From Felis catus (Eukaryota), in contig NC_058383.1 in assembly GCF_018350175.1 (NCBI RefSeq), forward strand, positions 1,054,001 through 1,118,000: a DNA stretch of 64,000 nucleotides, in the 5' to 3' direction. How positions within the stretch are numbered: position 1 is the stretch's first letter; each line of letters starts with the position of its first letter. The translations under genes were made by a program, and so were the position numbers. Below, piece after piece: positions 36,136 through 46,980 of the stretch. The notes below the pieces were generated by a model. It was not told the DNA's origin. It was given only the letters and a program-made list of their open reading frames with translations, and did not search any database.

Positions 36136-36539
36136 GGCCAGATTTTCAGTCACCAGCGTTCCTAACTTCCAGCTGATGAAAATGAACAGACTTGCTCTGT
36201 AGGAAGCCGTCCGTGTGCAAGTGACCCCCGGCCCCTGCAGGCGACTAAAGCGTCACAAATTCTTGCCGAGACAAAAGGCGTTTCGGTACAAGCACTGGCT
36301 CATTCAGAATCACCCCTGTCGTGAGAGCGATGGCTTCTTGGTCCTTCAAATCTCTACTCGAGAAAGCTCCCCCCGAATTCAGGTGTGCATTAAACCACTC
36401 GGACTCGCAGCGACAGGCGTTTCCCATATTCAATTCCCACAACTGCCCGCAACGAGTTGGGGCACAGTTTCATCCGCTGAGTATACTTGTTGACGTAAGC
36501 CAAGTGTCGCCGGGTGCTAAGTCCCATTAGCTCGCGCCG

Positions 36540-38400
36540 CTACCCCGGAGAGACTCAGCTCTGCCCCTGCTGAGCCCCTCAACTCCCTCCCGCGGAGAGC
36601 TGACTCAGGACCGGCTCCCCGACGACAGCAACCCGGGGGTGATGAGGGAGGAGGACAAGCCGTTCACCCCCGGTGGAAAACGGGCCGACAAGCGAAGCTA
36701 CGGCCCCGGAGGGGAAACTTCGGTCCGCACCGCGCCTCCCGAGGCCCCTTGCACGGCCCGGCCGCCGCAGAAGCCGGGTCCCCCAGGGGCTTTTCCGCAC
36801 CTCCCCGTCGCCCCCCTCCCTGCCGGGGCGGGGCCGCCGCGCGGTGCCTGGCCCGCGCGGGCCCGTCCCCTCTCCCACGCCCCCGGGGCGGGAACGCTGC
36901 AGCCCCTGCCACGGCGCGGGCCCACTCCCGGCAGCGCGGCGGCACGGGAAACCCTTCCCCGGGGGATGTCCCCGGCCCGGCGCCGCACCTGGCTCTCGAT
37001 CGGGACCCGGGCGGCCGCGGAGGCGACCGGAAGGCGGCGCAGACGGGAAGCCGGCTCCCCGCTTCCGACAGTCAGCCGCGGGGGACGAGACCAAAGGGGA
37101 GGCTGAGGAAAAGGGGCTCCGGGACGCGGCAGGGAGCCGACCGGCCCGCGGGAGAGCGAGGCGTCTCGCGGCGCCGGCGCCCCCGCCATTCACCCGCCGC
37201 CGCGGCTTCGGGGAGCGCCCGGCGCGCCCCGATGACGTCAGCGGCCGGCCCCTCCCGCCCCCGTCGGCCCGCCCACTCCTCGCTCCTCCTCCCCCTTCTG
37301 GAACAGTCCTGCCGCTTCCCCCGCCTGCTCGGTCGCCGAGAGCCGGCTGCGCGCAGGCGCACCGGGCCGGCCGCGCGGCGCGGCGCGGGAAAGCTGTGTC
37401 TGGGCGGCCGAGGCCGCGGCGCCGGGGCTGAGTGGAGGCCGGCGTCGCGCGGGGCCGCGCACGGAGGGCCCGAGTCCGCGCCGCAGAGGGGCCGCCGCGA
37501 GGTACGGAGCCGGCTCGGCCGGGGCGGGGGCTTCCCCAGCGGGAGAGAAGGGCCCGGCCCCGGGGAGACGACGCCCGGCGCGGCCTCGGGGGGCTCCGCC
37601 GGTGCCGCCGCGTCCGCGCGCTTGTGGCCTGTCCTGCCCCCTCACCGCGTCCGCGTGCTTGTCCCCCGGCCCGGTCCCCTCACCGCGCCCCCGCACCTGT
37701 CTCCTCACTTGTCCCCTCAACGTGTCGCCTTTTCCTCACCCCTTTCCTCTCACTGTATCACTTTGTTCCGCTGCCACATCCCCTGACTTGTCCCCTTACC
37801 GGATCCCCTTTCCACGTCCCGGTACTCGTCCCCTTCTTGCATCCCCGGGTCCCCGGCCGTGTCGCCTCCCTGGGCCTCTCACCATGTCATCTTACTTGTC
37901 CCGCCTCGCCATGGCCCCGTACTCCGTCGCCTCCCTTGCTCAGCCCCCCGCCCCGCCCCCCGCAAACGAGCCGCGGTTGGTTTTCTCTCTGGGAGCGCGT
38001 GGTTCTGTGAGGTCCCAGCAGACTGGCTCCGCGGGTGCTGTCGGGCCGCGGGGTTCACCGCCCCGGGGCCTGTGGTCACAGCCAGCCGTCGGCGCCTAAC
38101 CTTGTTTTACGTGTGTTTCTGTTTGAAGACAACTTGCGTTGACGTGTCGTTGGTTCGTTCGCGTTGAGGTCACGGCCCGCCGCGCCCGTGACTCGTGCCC
38201 GAGCCCGTTCGCCGCTGATCTCCGTGCGGTGCGTCGCGGCCTCCTGTGCTTAGGAAACCGGATGGCGCGCGGGCTCCCGCCTGGGGCCGCTTTAGACGGC
38301 AAGATTCCCGCCAGAGAGCGCAAAAATGGGACGACCGTGACCCTGGATAGGCTGCGGAATGGACACTTAACTGTAGCAGAGGGGAAACACGAAAGAAGGC
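36540..38400. promoter_or_regulatory. CpG-island promoter of ZFAND2A, possibly bidirectional
   Basis: Extreme GC and CpG density. Full CRE TGACGTCA 37233-37240, GC boxes at about 37255 and 37268, HSE-like cTTCt-gGAAc-aGTCc 37295-37309, NRF1-like GCGCAGGCGC 37351-37360. Confidence 0.88.
36989..37200 (-). other. ZFAND2A: ZFAND2A putative non-coding exon 1 (5' end approximate)
   Basis: Donor GAGAGCCAG|GTGCGG at 36988 inside the CpG island, downstream of the CRE, GC-box and HSE-like cluster. Confidence 0.6.
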
Positions 38401-40962
38401 GGGTGTCGTCCTGTGTGACCCTGGCAGGGAAGTGCGTTCCTCGGGCAGCTCGGGTTGTTCGCCATCTGCACACGTTTGCGAACAGCTGCCCCAGTCCCGC
38501 AAGCGTTGCTTTTGGAGTTGCAAATAAACGTCTCGCGTGGGCACCTTCGCACGCGTGGCATCCACACATGAGAGCCTCGGGTGTGTGTGTATCTGTACGT
38601 GCACATACCCATTTTTTTAGTCTTTTTCTGAGCCGTTTGCGAGTATGCCGAGTATGACCGGGGTGCCCCCCACAATTTGTGTGCGTGTGCCCGAAAGCAG
38701 GCGTTCCTACATCACCATTCCGTGGCCGTCCACGTGAGATCAGTATCAAGACGGCATTAAGGTCCAACCCACAGCCTCCATTTGGATTTTGCCAACTGTG
38801 TCCACGTCTCTTTTTCTTCCCTGCTCCAGGGTCCCATCCACGATCACATGTGCAGCCTCCTCCCTGCTGGGACGGGCCCTCCGTTCTTTCCGTCCCTGAC
38901 AGTTTTTATTAAAGGCCACAGGTTTTTCTTACATGTGAGATGACTGCGACGACTCGGGGTCCATGGATGTTTCCTCGGGACCAGATTCAGGTCATGTTTT
39001 TCAGTAGCAATGCTGCAGGAATGGTGCCGTGCTGCGACCCACCCTACCGTGGGTGACCCTCACCTCGATTACCTAGTCGTGTGGCTGGCTGCTAGGTTTC
39101 TCCTTTTTGTCCCTGGTAAATTGGTTAGTATCTTGTAGGGAGTTACTCTGAGATGCCACCATTATTCTTCATCAGCCTTTGCCCGGCAACCTTTAGCTGC
39201 GTCAGTGACTTCTGCCTCGATCACTGTGATCGTTGCCAGGTAGCGTTTTGTACTTTTTTTAAAGTAAGCTCTACGCTCTGTGTGGGCCTTGAACTCACGA
39301 CCCCGAGATCAGGAGTCACGTGCTGTACCGACTGAGCCAGCCAGGTGCCGTCCAGATAGTGCTTTTTAAAATTTCCATCATTCCTTTTAAGTTTGTTATG
39401 TGGCATTCTACAAGGGAGATATTTCCCTTTCGTTTGTTTTTTTAATCCATTTATTTGTATCAGTGTATACTTGTGGATTTCTCTTTCACTCAGTGGGTCA
39501 TGTTCTGTTGCTGTCGTTTTTTAAAGTTTACTTATTTTTGGGAGAGAGCACTCATGGGAGGGGCGGAGAAAGGGAGAGAGAGAATACCAACGTGATGTCA
39601 GCACAGATCCCGACCTGGGGCTCGAACTCACAAACCGTGAGATGACCTGAGCCCAAACCGACAGTCACTTAACTGACTGAGCCACCCAGGTGCCCCTGTT
39701 GCTGTTATTTACTTTGATGGCCAGAGAGCCCCGTGCAGCTGGCTCTTGAGTCCTTTTGACGTGTCCCTTCCTTGCTCCCTTCCTTGACTTTTGGTACAAG
39801 ATGCCCCAGGCTCATTTTTTTACTCTTCCTGCTGCAGTGCTGGAATCCACCATTTCTCCAAGGAGCATTGTTCCTTTTTAGCGGAGGATGGTATTTAGAA
39901 ATCAAGATTTGAGTGTGTGGTGTGCCTATTGCTACAAGGGTGTCGTTGCTTCTAGGCCTTCTCAGCAGACACGGGCCAAGAAATGTATGTATGTTTGCTC
40001 ACATATACCTACACGTCATAACCATCTGTACTCGTGTGTGTATTTTTTAGGAAAACATCCGTATTCTTACCTTCAATTCCAATCCAACACCTCAGGATTT
40101 TTCGAATTTTCTCTTTTTGTGTTTGTAAATAACTCCTCCAGCAATAAAAAACCTGGGTTTCGTTATTCTATTTTCTTTTTTTTTTTTTTTTTTTACTTTT
40201 TTTAATGTTTATTTTTTCAGAGAGAGACAGAGTGGGAGTGGGGCAGGGGCAGAGAGAGAGGGAGACACAGAATCCCAAGCAGGCTCCAGGCTCTCAGCTG
40301 TCAGCACAGAGCCCGACGCGGGGCTCGAACTCAAGAACCGTGAGATCATGACCTGAGCCAAAGCCAGATGCTCAACTGACTGAGCCACCCAGGTGCCCCA
40401 CATTATTCTATTTTCTTATTTTTTGGTCTGTTTATTTGCTTGATGTAACAGACCACTCTGGCTGTCACCTCACCTACTTTGCGCAGACTCCTTCAGCACC
40501 TTAAGCAATTGTTGCCACATCCTCCACGAACTCCTCTCGCTCCTCCCTTCTTCCAGTTGGTCAAAATCCAGTGCCAATCAAAACCTTCAGTTTTCTTCCA
40601 CAAGTTTTCTATAAGAGAGGACAATTTACTAAGGAAGCATAAATACAAGCTTTTAAAATTGTTGTTATTCATGGGTCAAAAATATATACACATTATTAAC
40701 CAGGAAAGTGGGTTAGATATTGCCCTTTCCCATAAATTTTATCTCACATGTTGAAATGAAAAGTCTTTTTTTTTTTTTTTAAGTTTATTTTGAGAGAGAG
40801 AGTGCATGCGAGAATGGAGGAGGGGCAGAGAGAGAATCCCAAGCAGGCTCTAGCGCTGTGAGTGCAGAGCCCAGTGTGGAGCACAAACTCACAAACCCTA
40901 GGATCGTGACCTGAGCCAAAATTGAGTCAGATGCTTAACTGACTGAGCCACTCGGGTGCCCC
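38400..40962 (-). mobile_element. Old L1 (L1MC/ME-like) 3' region to about 40170, plus four SINEs (about 39252-39350, 39517-39695, 40176-40399, 40765-40962)
   Basis: tggaatccaccatttctccaaggagcattgttccttttta is a typical L1MC/ME phrase. SINE TSDs tgttgctgt and ttattctattttctt. Confidence 0.75.
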
Positions 40963-41144
40963 AAAATGTCTTTAGATCCGTGTATTCCAAGATTATCTGA
41001 GTCTTGGTAGAACCAATTGTAACACACTAAAACGTAAAGTTTTATGTTATATTTACACTGACTACTGAGTTTTAGAGCAGAAATCAAATTCTTGTGTGGA
41101 ATCAAACATGCCATGCTACAGATTCACAATTTTCCACTTGGTAG

Positions 41145-41575
41145 GATATTTCTTATTGCTGCTCTTGCAAATTACTGCAAGTTATGTGGCCTAAAACAAC
41201 ACAAATTTTATGGTTCTGGAGGCCAGAAGTCAAAAGTGCGTCTCACAGGCCTAAAATTAAGGTGTCAGAAGGGCACTGTTCCTTCTGGGGGCTGTAGGAC
41301 GGACCTTCCAGGCCTTTCCCAGCTTCTGAAGGTTGCCCACATTCTTTGGCCAATCACATCACCTCAGCCTCTACCTCCATTGCCACGTCTCCTCGTCTGA
41401 CTCTCATTCTCCCTCTTTCACGTAAAAGGATTGCATTGAGCCTGCCCGTGCCATTCAGGATCCTTAGCATGAGCACATCCACAAAGTCCCTTTTGTCATG
41501 TGAAATAACAGATTCGTGGTTCCAGGGAATGGGACATGGACATGGGAGTGGAAGGAACATTATTCTGCTACCACA
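41145..41575 (-). mobile_element. MaLR LTR (MLT1-type)
   Basis: tttcttattgctgctcttgcaaattactgcaag...ggttctggaggccagaagtc...cattattctgctaccaca. Confidence 0.85.
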
Positions 41576-43719
41576 GGTAGTGACCACACTGCCATTAGGA
41601 AAAACAAGATTCTTGACAAATCATGGGGATCTAGTCCCGAAGCCAAGAGCACACTGTATACGTTGTATGCTAGCTAACTTGACAAAAATTATATTTAAAA
41701 AAAAAAAAAGGAAAGACAAGATTCTTCAAAATAAAAGTAAGCTGTTAAAATTTCTCAGTTATACTTTTATCTCCTTTTTTGAAATGTAAAAAAGCATTTA
41801 ATGAAAAATATTGAAAAATTATGAATAAATGTTTTCGAAACAACTAGATTCATAAATGAGTTTCTTACCAAAGAAGAGAAATGTAATTGGTTGGACACCA
41901 CTGTCTCCCATTCCCAGATACAGATACACACAAGCATACGTGTGTGCACATACACGTATGGGCGTTTGCGTGCTCTCAGAAGGAATTCACCCACAGCACG
42001 AGCTGGCACGTGGGGAGTGTCAGGGAAAGATGTGAAGGTAGACGACCCAGGAGCGCACTAGATGTACCTCTGCTGTTCTTTTTGGTCCTGATCTGGCTCA
42101 GACCACACCAAATTGCTGTGGGAACAAAAGATTATCAGGTCAGATTATTTTGACGTGCATCTTTGCCATTGACTGACGTCCACATGGATACAAAGAGTTG
42201 CCACCAAGCAGAAGTCAAGTGACCTCCTACCTCTAAGCTTCTTACCACATCAAGATTGAGGGCTTCCTAAGATGTCCTCTGAGAACTGCCTTGAGGTCAC
42301 CAGGAAAAGAAGGACCCTGTAATACTCGTAATGCTCCACAGGGAAGGGGAAGCAGACCTCGGAGCCTTGGTTAGGAAACCTCAAGACGTCTGCTTCAAAG
42401 GAAGAGGCTACAGTGCACGTCCAGCTACGCGTTTCTCTATCAAGAGATGCCCGACAGCTCACTCTTCTGATCTCAACTTTAACTATAGGGAAACCGAGGC
42501 ACAGAAGTGTTCGAAACACGATCTCCTGCGGCCACGTTTGAAATTGAATTCTTCCTCTGCCCCTTATATATGCTAGCCAGAGATGAGGGTAGAGAGGCAG
42601 GCAGGGACCAGACCGTTCAGACTTTATCTTGAATGCAAAGAGGTATCGTAGAAAACTTTTAAAGATTGGCCTTGAGGAGGAGACAGGGAACAAGATTTAT
42701 GTGTAGTTCACACAGCCGTACGAAGAATATCCAACATTGTCTGTGTTGTAAAATGGAACTCCGCTTTGGAGCCCTGGGCTGCTGTGTGCAGGCCGCTGTT
42801 CTCGCTCGTTAGTGTAGCCCAGCCCGCAGTGTTCTTGTTTGTCCTCTGTCTGGGTCCGGTTTATCTCGACCTCATTCACCGTTGGGCTCCAATCTTGGTC
42901 ATTCTGAGGCGTCTTTCTTCAACTCCTCCCACCTTTCTCCTTCAGTGGCATCTGGGTTTGGGGAAGCTGGATAGAAAACCTCATGGCAGCAGTCTCTGGT
43001 GTACATGCAAGCCAGGTCCTCCCTGGCCCCTGCTTGTGGCAGACCACCACCTCTGTTCGTGTGCTAGTATTTGCTGCTGCCGGCCTCTGATTGGGAGCGC
43101 GTTACGTACAATGCCAGCCTGTCCAGACCCTAGGTTACATCTGTTTCAGTGACCCTCCCGGTGTCCCGTGCCAGTGCACAAGGGGCTTTGGGAGTCTCTT
43201 ACAGCTCTAGAGGCACCACCTCAGGCCTTCTGCCTGCCTGACCGCATCCCGGGTATCCGCTCCTGCACTCTCCCTACATTGGCACGGAGAAGTGTCTCTT
43301 CTAGAGAAGAGCTAGAAAGGAAACCAGGCAGGGGCCCCTCTTCTTCCAAAGGATCCCTCTACTCATCTGAATTGTTTGCCATCTCAACAGAGGGTTGTAG
43401 GATGAGCATCGGGGCCATTCTCAGACACCTGGGCAGGTGTCTTCCCTTTCAAAGTTCTTCAAACTTCTCCCCAGCCCTGGAAGTGTTTTCTCCTGAAGCA
43501 GTTTCTCTCACGTGTTATCTCTGGGCTTCTTGCTCTAGGGTAAGTCTCTGAAACTTTGGTTCATGGCTCCTTTTTTTCTCTCTTGAAAGCTGGGCTTTTA
43601 CGACTGGCTTGCTATGAGTTCTTAAAAAGTTTAGGTTTAAGACTCCAAACTGAGCAGCAGCTTCTTTAGGCAGACCCTTCTTTGCGGCTGAGTGTCCTCT
43701 CATGGCCTAGTCTTGGTGA

Positions 43720-46700
43720 TGGAAAACTTTTCAATAATGGGGAAGAGAAAACACATTGACATCGTACCCGTACAACACATTGTACTCTAAAACTTTTGTT
43801 CAGCTGCAGTACGTGCAGGACAGATTGAGGGGAGGCAGGAACAGAAGCAGGAGAGCAAATGAGCTGTGACTGCAGTCTAGATAAGAGATGACAGTGACTG
43901 TGGAAATGCAGAAACCTTACCTTCACAGCTTCCCTTGTACACAGGGCATGACCACGTGATCCAGCCTTCCAGGGGGAGAGGGCTTCCGGGGAAAGGATTT
44001 TCTCCCTAATAAAAAAGGGGTATGCGTTAGGACAAAGCCCACTTCCGGAAGGTATTTTGAGGATGCTTGGGAATAGTCGCCTTTTGGCTAACGTGAAGGG
44101 CCGAGGTTAAGGACCATGTCCTTCTGCTGAGCTGGCTGAGCAGAAAGTGGAAGCAGCTGGGTTGTGATGGTGCTGTTGAACTGCTGGTGGCTTCCTTGCC
44201 CCTGGATTTCTTGTAATGTGAGGTAACACATCCTTCTTGTTCGAGGCAATTTTTCCTTGTTTTTCCTGCTATTGGTAACCACAGATATTGTTACCAATAA
44301 GTGGAAATAATGATTTCAGTTCAGGACATATCGGTTATGAGACAAAAGAGAAAAGTGGGTGAATACGTGATCGGATACATGCCTCTGGAACTCGGAGAAG
44401 AGGTCTGGCCTGGGAAGTAAAGTTTCAGGTCATCAGCATACAGTGTGTTGATGAGATTGTCGAGGGGGGGACAAGATGCGGAGAAGAGGATGCAGGCCTG
44501 TGCCTTGGGAAAGCCAGCCCTGGGAAACCGGACTGAGCATGAGCAACCAGAGAACTCGGGAGGAAAATAAGGAGGGGGAGGCATTGACAGGCTAAGACAG
44601 ATATTTCAAGAGGGAGAACTGGCTCACCAGCTCCCGCTTCTCAAAGAACAAGACAAAACCCGGGGGTGTCCGTTAGGGTCAGTCACGGGGAGGTCACCAT
44701 TGTCCTGGAATGGTCCCAGAGGCAGGGGAGGAAGTCAGACAAATGGCTGAAGAGGATAAGGTGAAGGCGTGGAGCCTGGGTGAAAGAAGCAGCGAAGCTC
44801 TTCCCCCGAAAGAAAGACGGCGAAGCACACCCTCCTGGTCCACCCTGCGGGCCTAGCCTGGTTCAGCGGGTGACGGCCCACTGCCCCCTTCCCACCGGAC
44901 ACACTCGCTTCTGCCCAGACACACAGTCAATATTACCTTTCCATTTGTGACTCATATCCTCAACAAATATTTATTGGGTGCCTGCTGTGTACACAGCACC
45001 CTGTTTGGCCTCAAGAAAATATAAGAAAAGATTAAATGGGGTCCCTGTCTTCTCCCAGGAGCTTATAGTTTTGATCTTGGAGAAAAAGAGCCCCACATCC
45101 CGAAACAACTGGACGTTAAGTGTAAACACTGTACTTACGAGGCTGCAGGGCAGAGGCTGTAATCATGATGAGAATTCAGAGAATAAAAACTTCCCAGATC
45201 AACGTCTGCCTGAAAAAGTTGGGCCGGAGTATCTTTTGGTTGCAGGTGACAAGAATTCACCTCAAACTAGATTTTTCCCAGAAGGGGAATTTATTGGCTC
45301 CTAGACGTGAGATGTGCTGGATCCAGGAATTTAGAAAAGATCCTTCCCTCTGAATGCTGGCCTCCCTGTTCCGCTACAGAGCAGCCTCCTCTTGTGACAA
45401 AGACATAGCTGCCAGCAACCTGGGCTACGGTTGGCCTCCAGAGTGAGTGTCTCTTTCCTAGCCTGTATGTCATGATCCCACAGATGGATTCTAGTGGGCT
45501 TTCTTGGATCATGTGTAGGGTGACTCCGTGTGCACCTAACTGAAGACACTTTTGAGGGTAGACATGGGGTGCTGCTATTAGTTTTGTTGGGACAACAGGC
45601 ATGACCTAGGACCCTGATAGGAAAACTGGGGCACAAGACCACCATAAGCAAATGTCCACTCTGTGGCCTCTGGCTGATGGCCCTGCCAGAATCACATGAA
45701 ATGGGGGAGAGACAGTACTCCAAAGTCATTGTGCCATTACCAGATGAAGAAGGGAGACGGATGCTGGAATCTAGAAGCAACGGGTGTCCAACATTCATCA
45801 TGAGTTGGCAATTCAGGGAAAGGGAAAGAAACAGACCAAACGTGTAAAGCACAAAGTTTGAAGTCAAGCCCACTAGATAAAGACAGAAGACTTAGACTTT
45901 GAGGAGGAGAAACCTGAACTTCATTTGACTGGTAAGAGAGACAGAACACTGCCCAACGAGTTGACCCATACGACGGATGTTTGCAGAGACAAATCTGGGA
46001 GGGAGTTGCCGGATATGTTGAGAAGGATTCAGAGAGGATGCTAGGGTTGGATTACTGGAGTCCTGACTCTTGAAGGTGCTGGTATGGTGGAGGTGGAAAG
46101 AAAGGGATATATTCAGGAAGCAGATTACAAACCAAAAAGAACCAGGAGAACTTCTTGGCTAACTGGGCACGAAGGACAGAGAAGAAGCAGGCATGCTAGT
46201 TCAAGCATGGAAAAGCAGAAGCCGCCAGAATGGGCAGGTTACCAAGATGGCAATTTGGAGATGAGGCGAACCTGTTTGGGTCGTGTTGAGTTTTGAGAAG
46301 TCGTGGGAATGGAGAGAACACTGGATTAGAATTGGAATACTATTCAAAGTCAAGACAATGGATAAAGTCTCCCAAAAAGAGAGTAAGAAGTGGCCTAAGG
46401 AGGGCCCGCAGGTAGGTCACAGGAGGAGGAGGAAACAGAAAAGAGCCGACAGCAGGACTGGGAAAGAATGCTAAAGTACCATGGAGGAGAGGCCACAGGT
46501 GACAAGCAGCACCAGGTGCTCTGCTGAATTCCACATGAGAATGAGAAGCCTGCATAAAGTTTACCTACGTGCATGTTTATGACTTTTGGGAAAGTTCCTT
46601 CCTTATCACAGTACAGCATTCAGGATACTCAGGGCTGTGCTGTGTAACAGACAATCCCAAAATCAATGCAGTTGAAAACAACAGAGGTTTATTTCCTTCT

Positions 46701-46980
46701 CACGTGTCCTGTCCCCGATGTGTACACAAGCTCTGCTCCACATTGTCCTCACCCCTAAGCCCTGAGACAACAGAGCAATCGATGTCGGAAGTCTCGTTCG
46801 TTGCCTTGGCGGAAGGAAAAAAGGTGGCCACGGGGGCCTCACACCGGTCTTAGATCCTCTCGCTTGGGAGTTTCAGAGCTCACTGGCTAAGCCGGTCCCA
46901 CACCCAAGCGGGGGGGCTGGGAAGTACAGCCCCAGCAGGTGTCCAGAAGGGGAGAAGCAAAACAGCTGTTGAAGAGGAAC
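43720..46980. mobile_element. Mosaic of L2 fragments (-) and ancient MLT1-type LTR fragments
   Basis: L2 phrases (tcaacaaatatttattgggtgcctgctgtgt; tggaactcggagaagaggtctggcctgg) alternate with MLT1 phrases (ttttggttgcaggtgacaaga; gctgtgtaacagacaatcccaaaatc). Confidence 0.6.

Larger units (their letters stand above)
28790..37200 (-). pseudogene. ZFAND2A: ZFAND2A (AIRAP, AN1-type zinc finger 2A) locus, apparently disabled in situ
   Basis: Intron-containing and syntenic; five recognisable coding exons plus exon 1. Start exon not found, exon-4 acceptor is GG, in-frame TGA at 33710-33712, five zinc ligands substituted. Confidence 0.85.

Noticed and set aside
36579..38099. Several 150-345 aa ORFs on both strands
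   Set aside because: Expected artefact of extreme GC content in the ZFAND2A CpG island; no protein-family resemblance.
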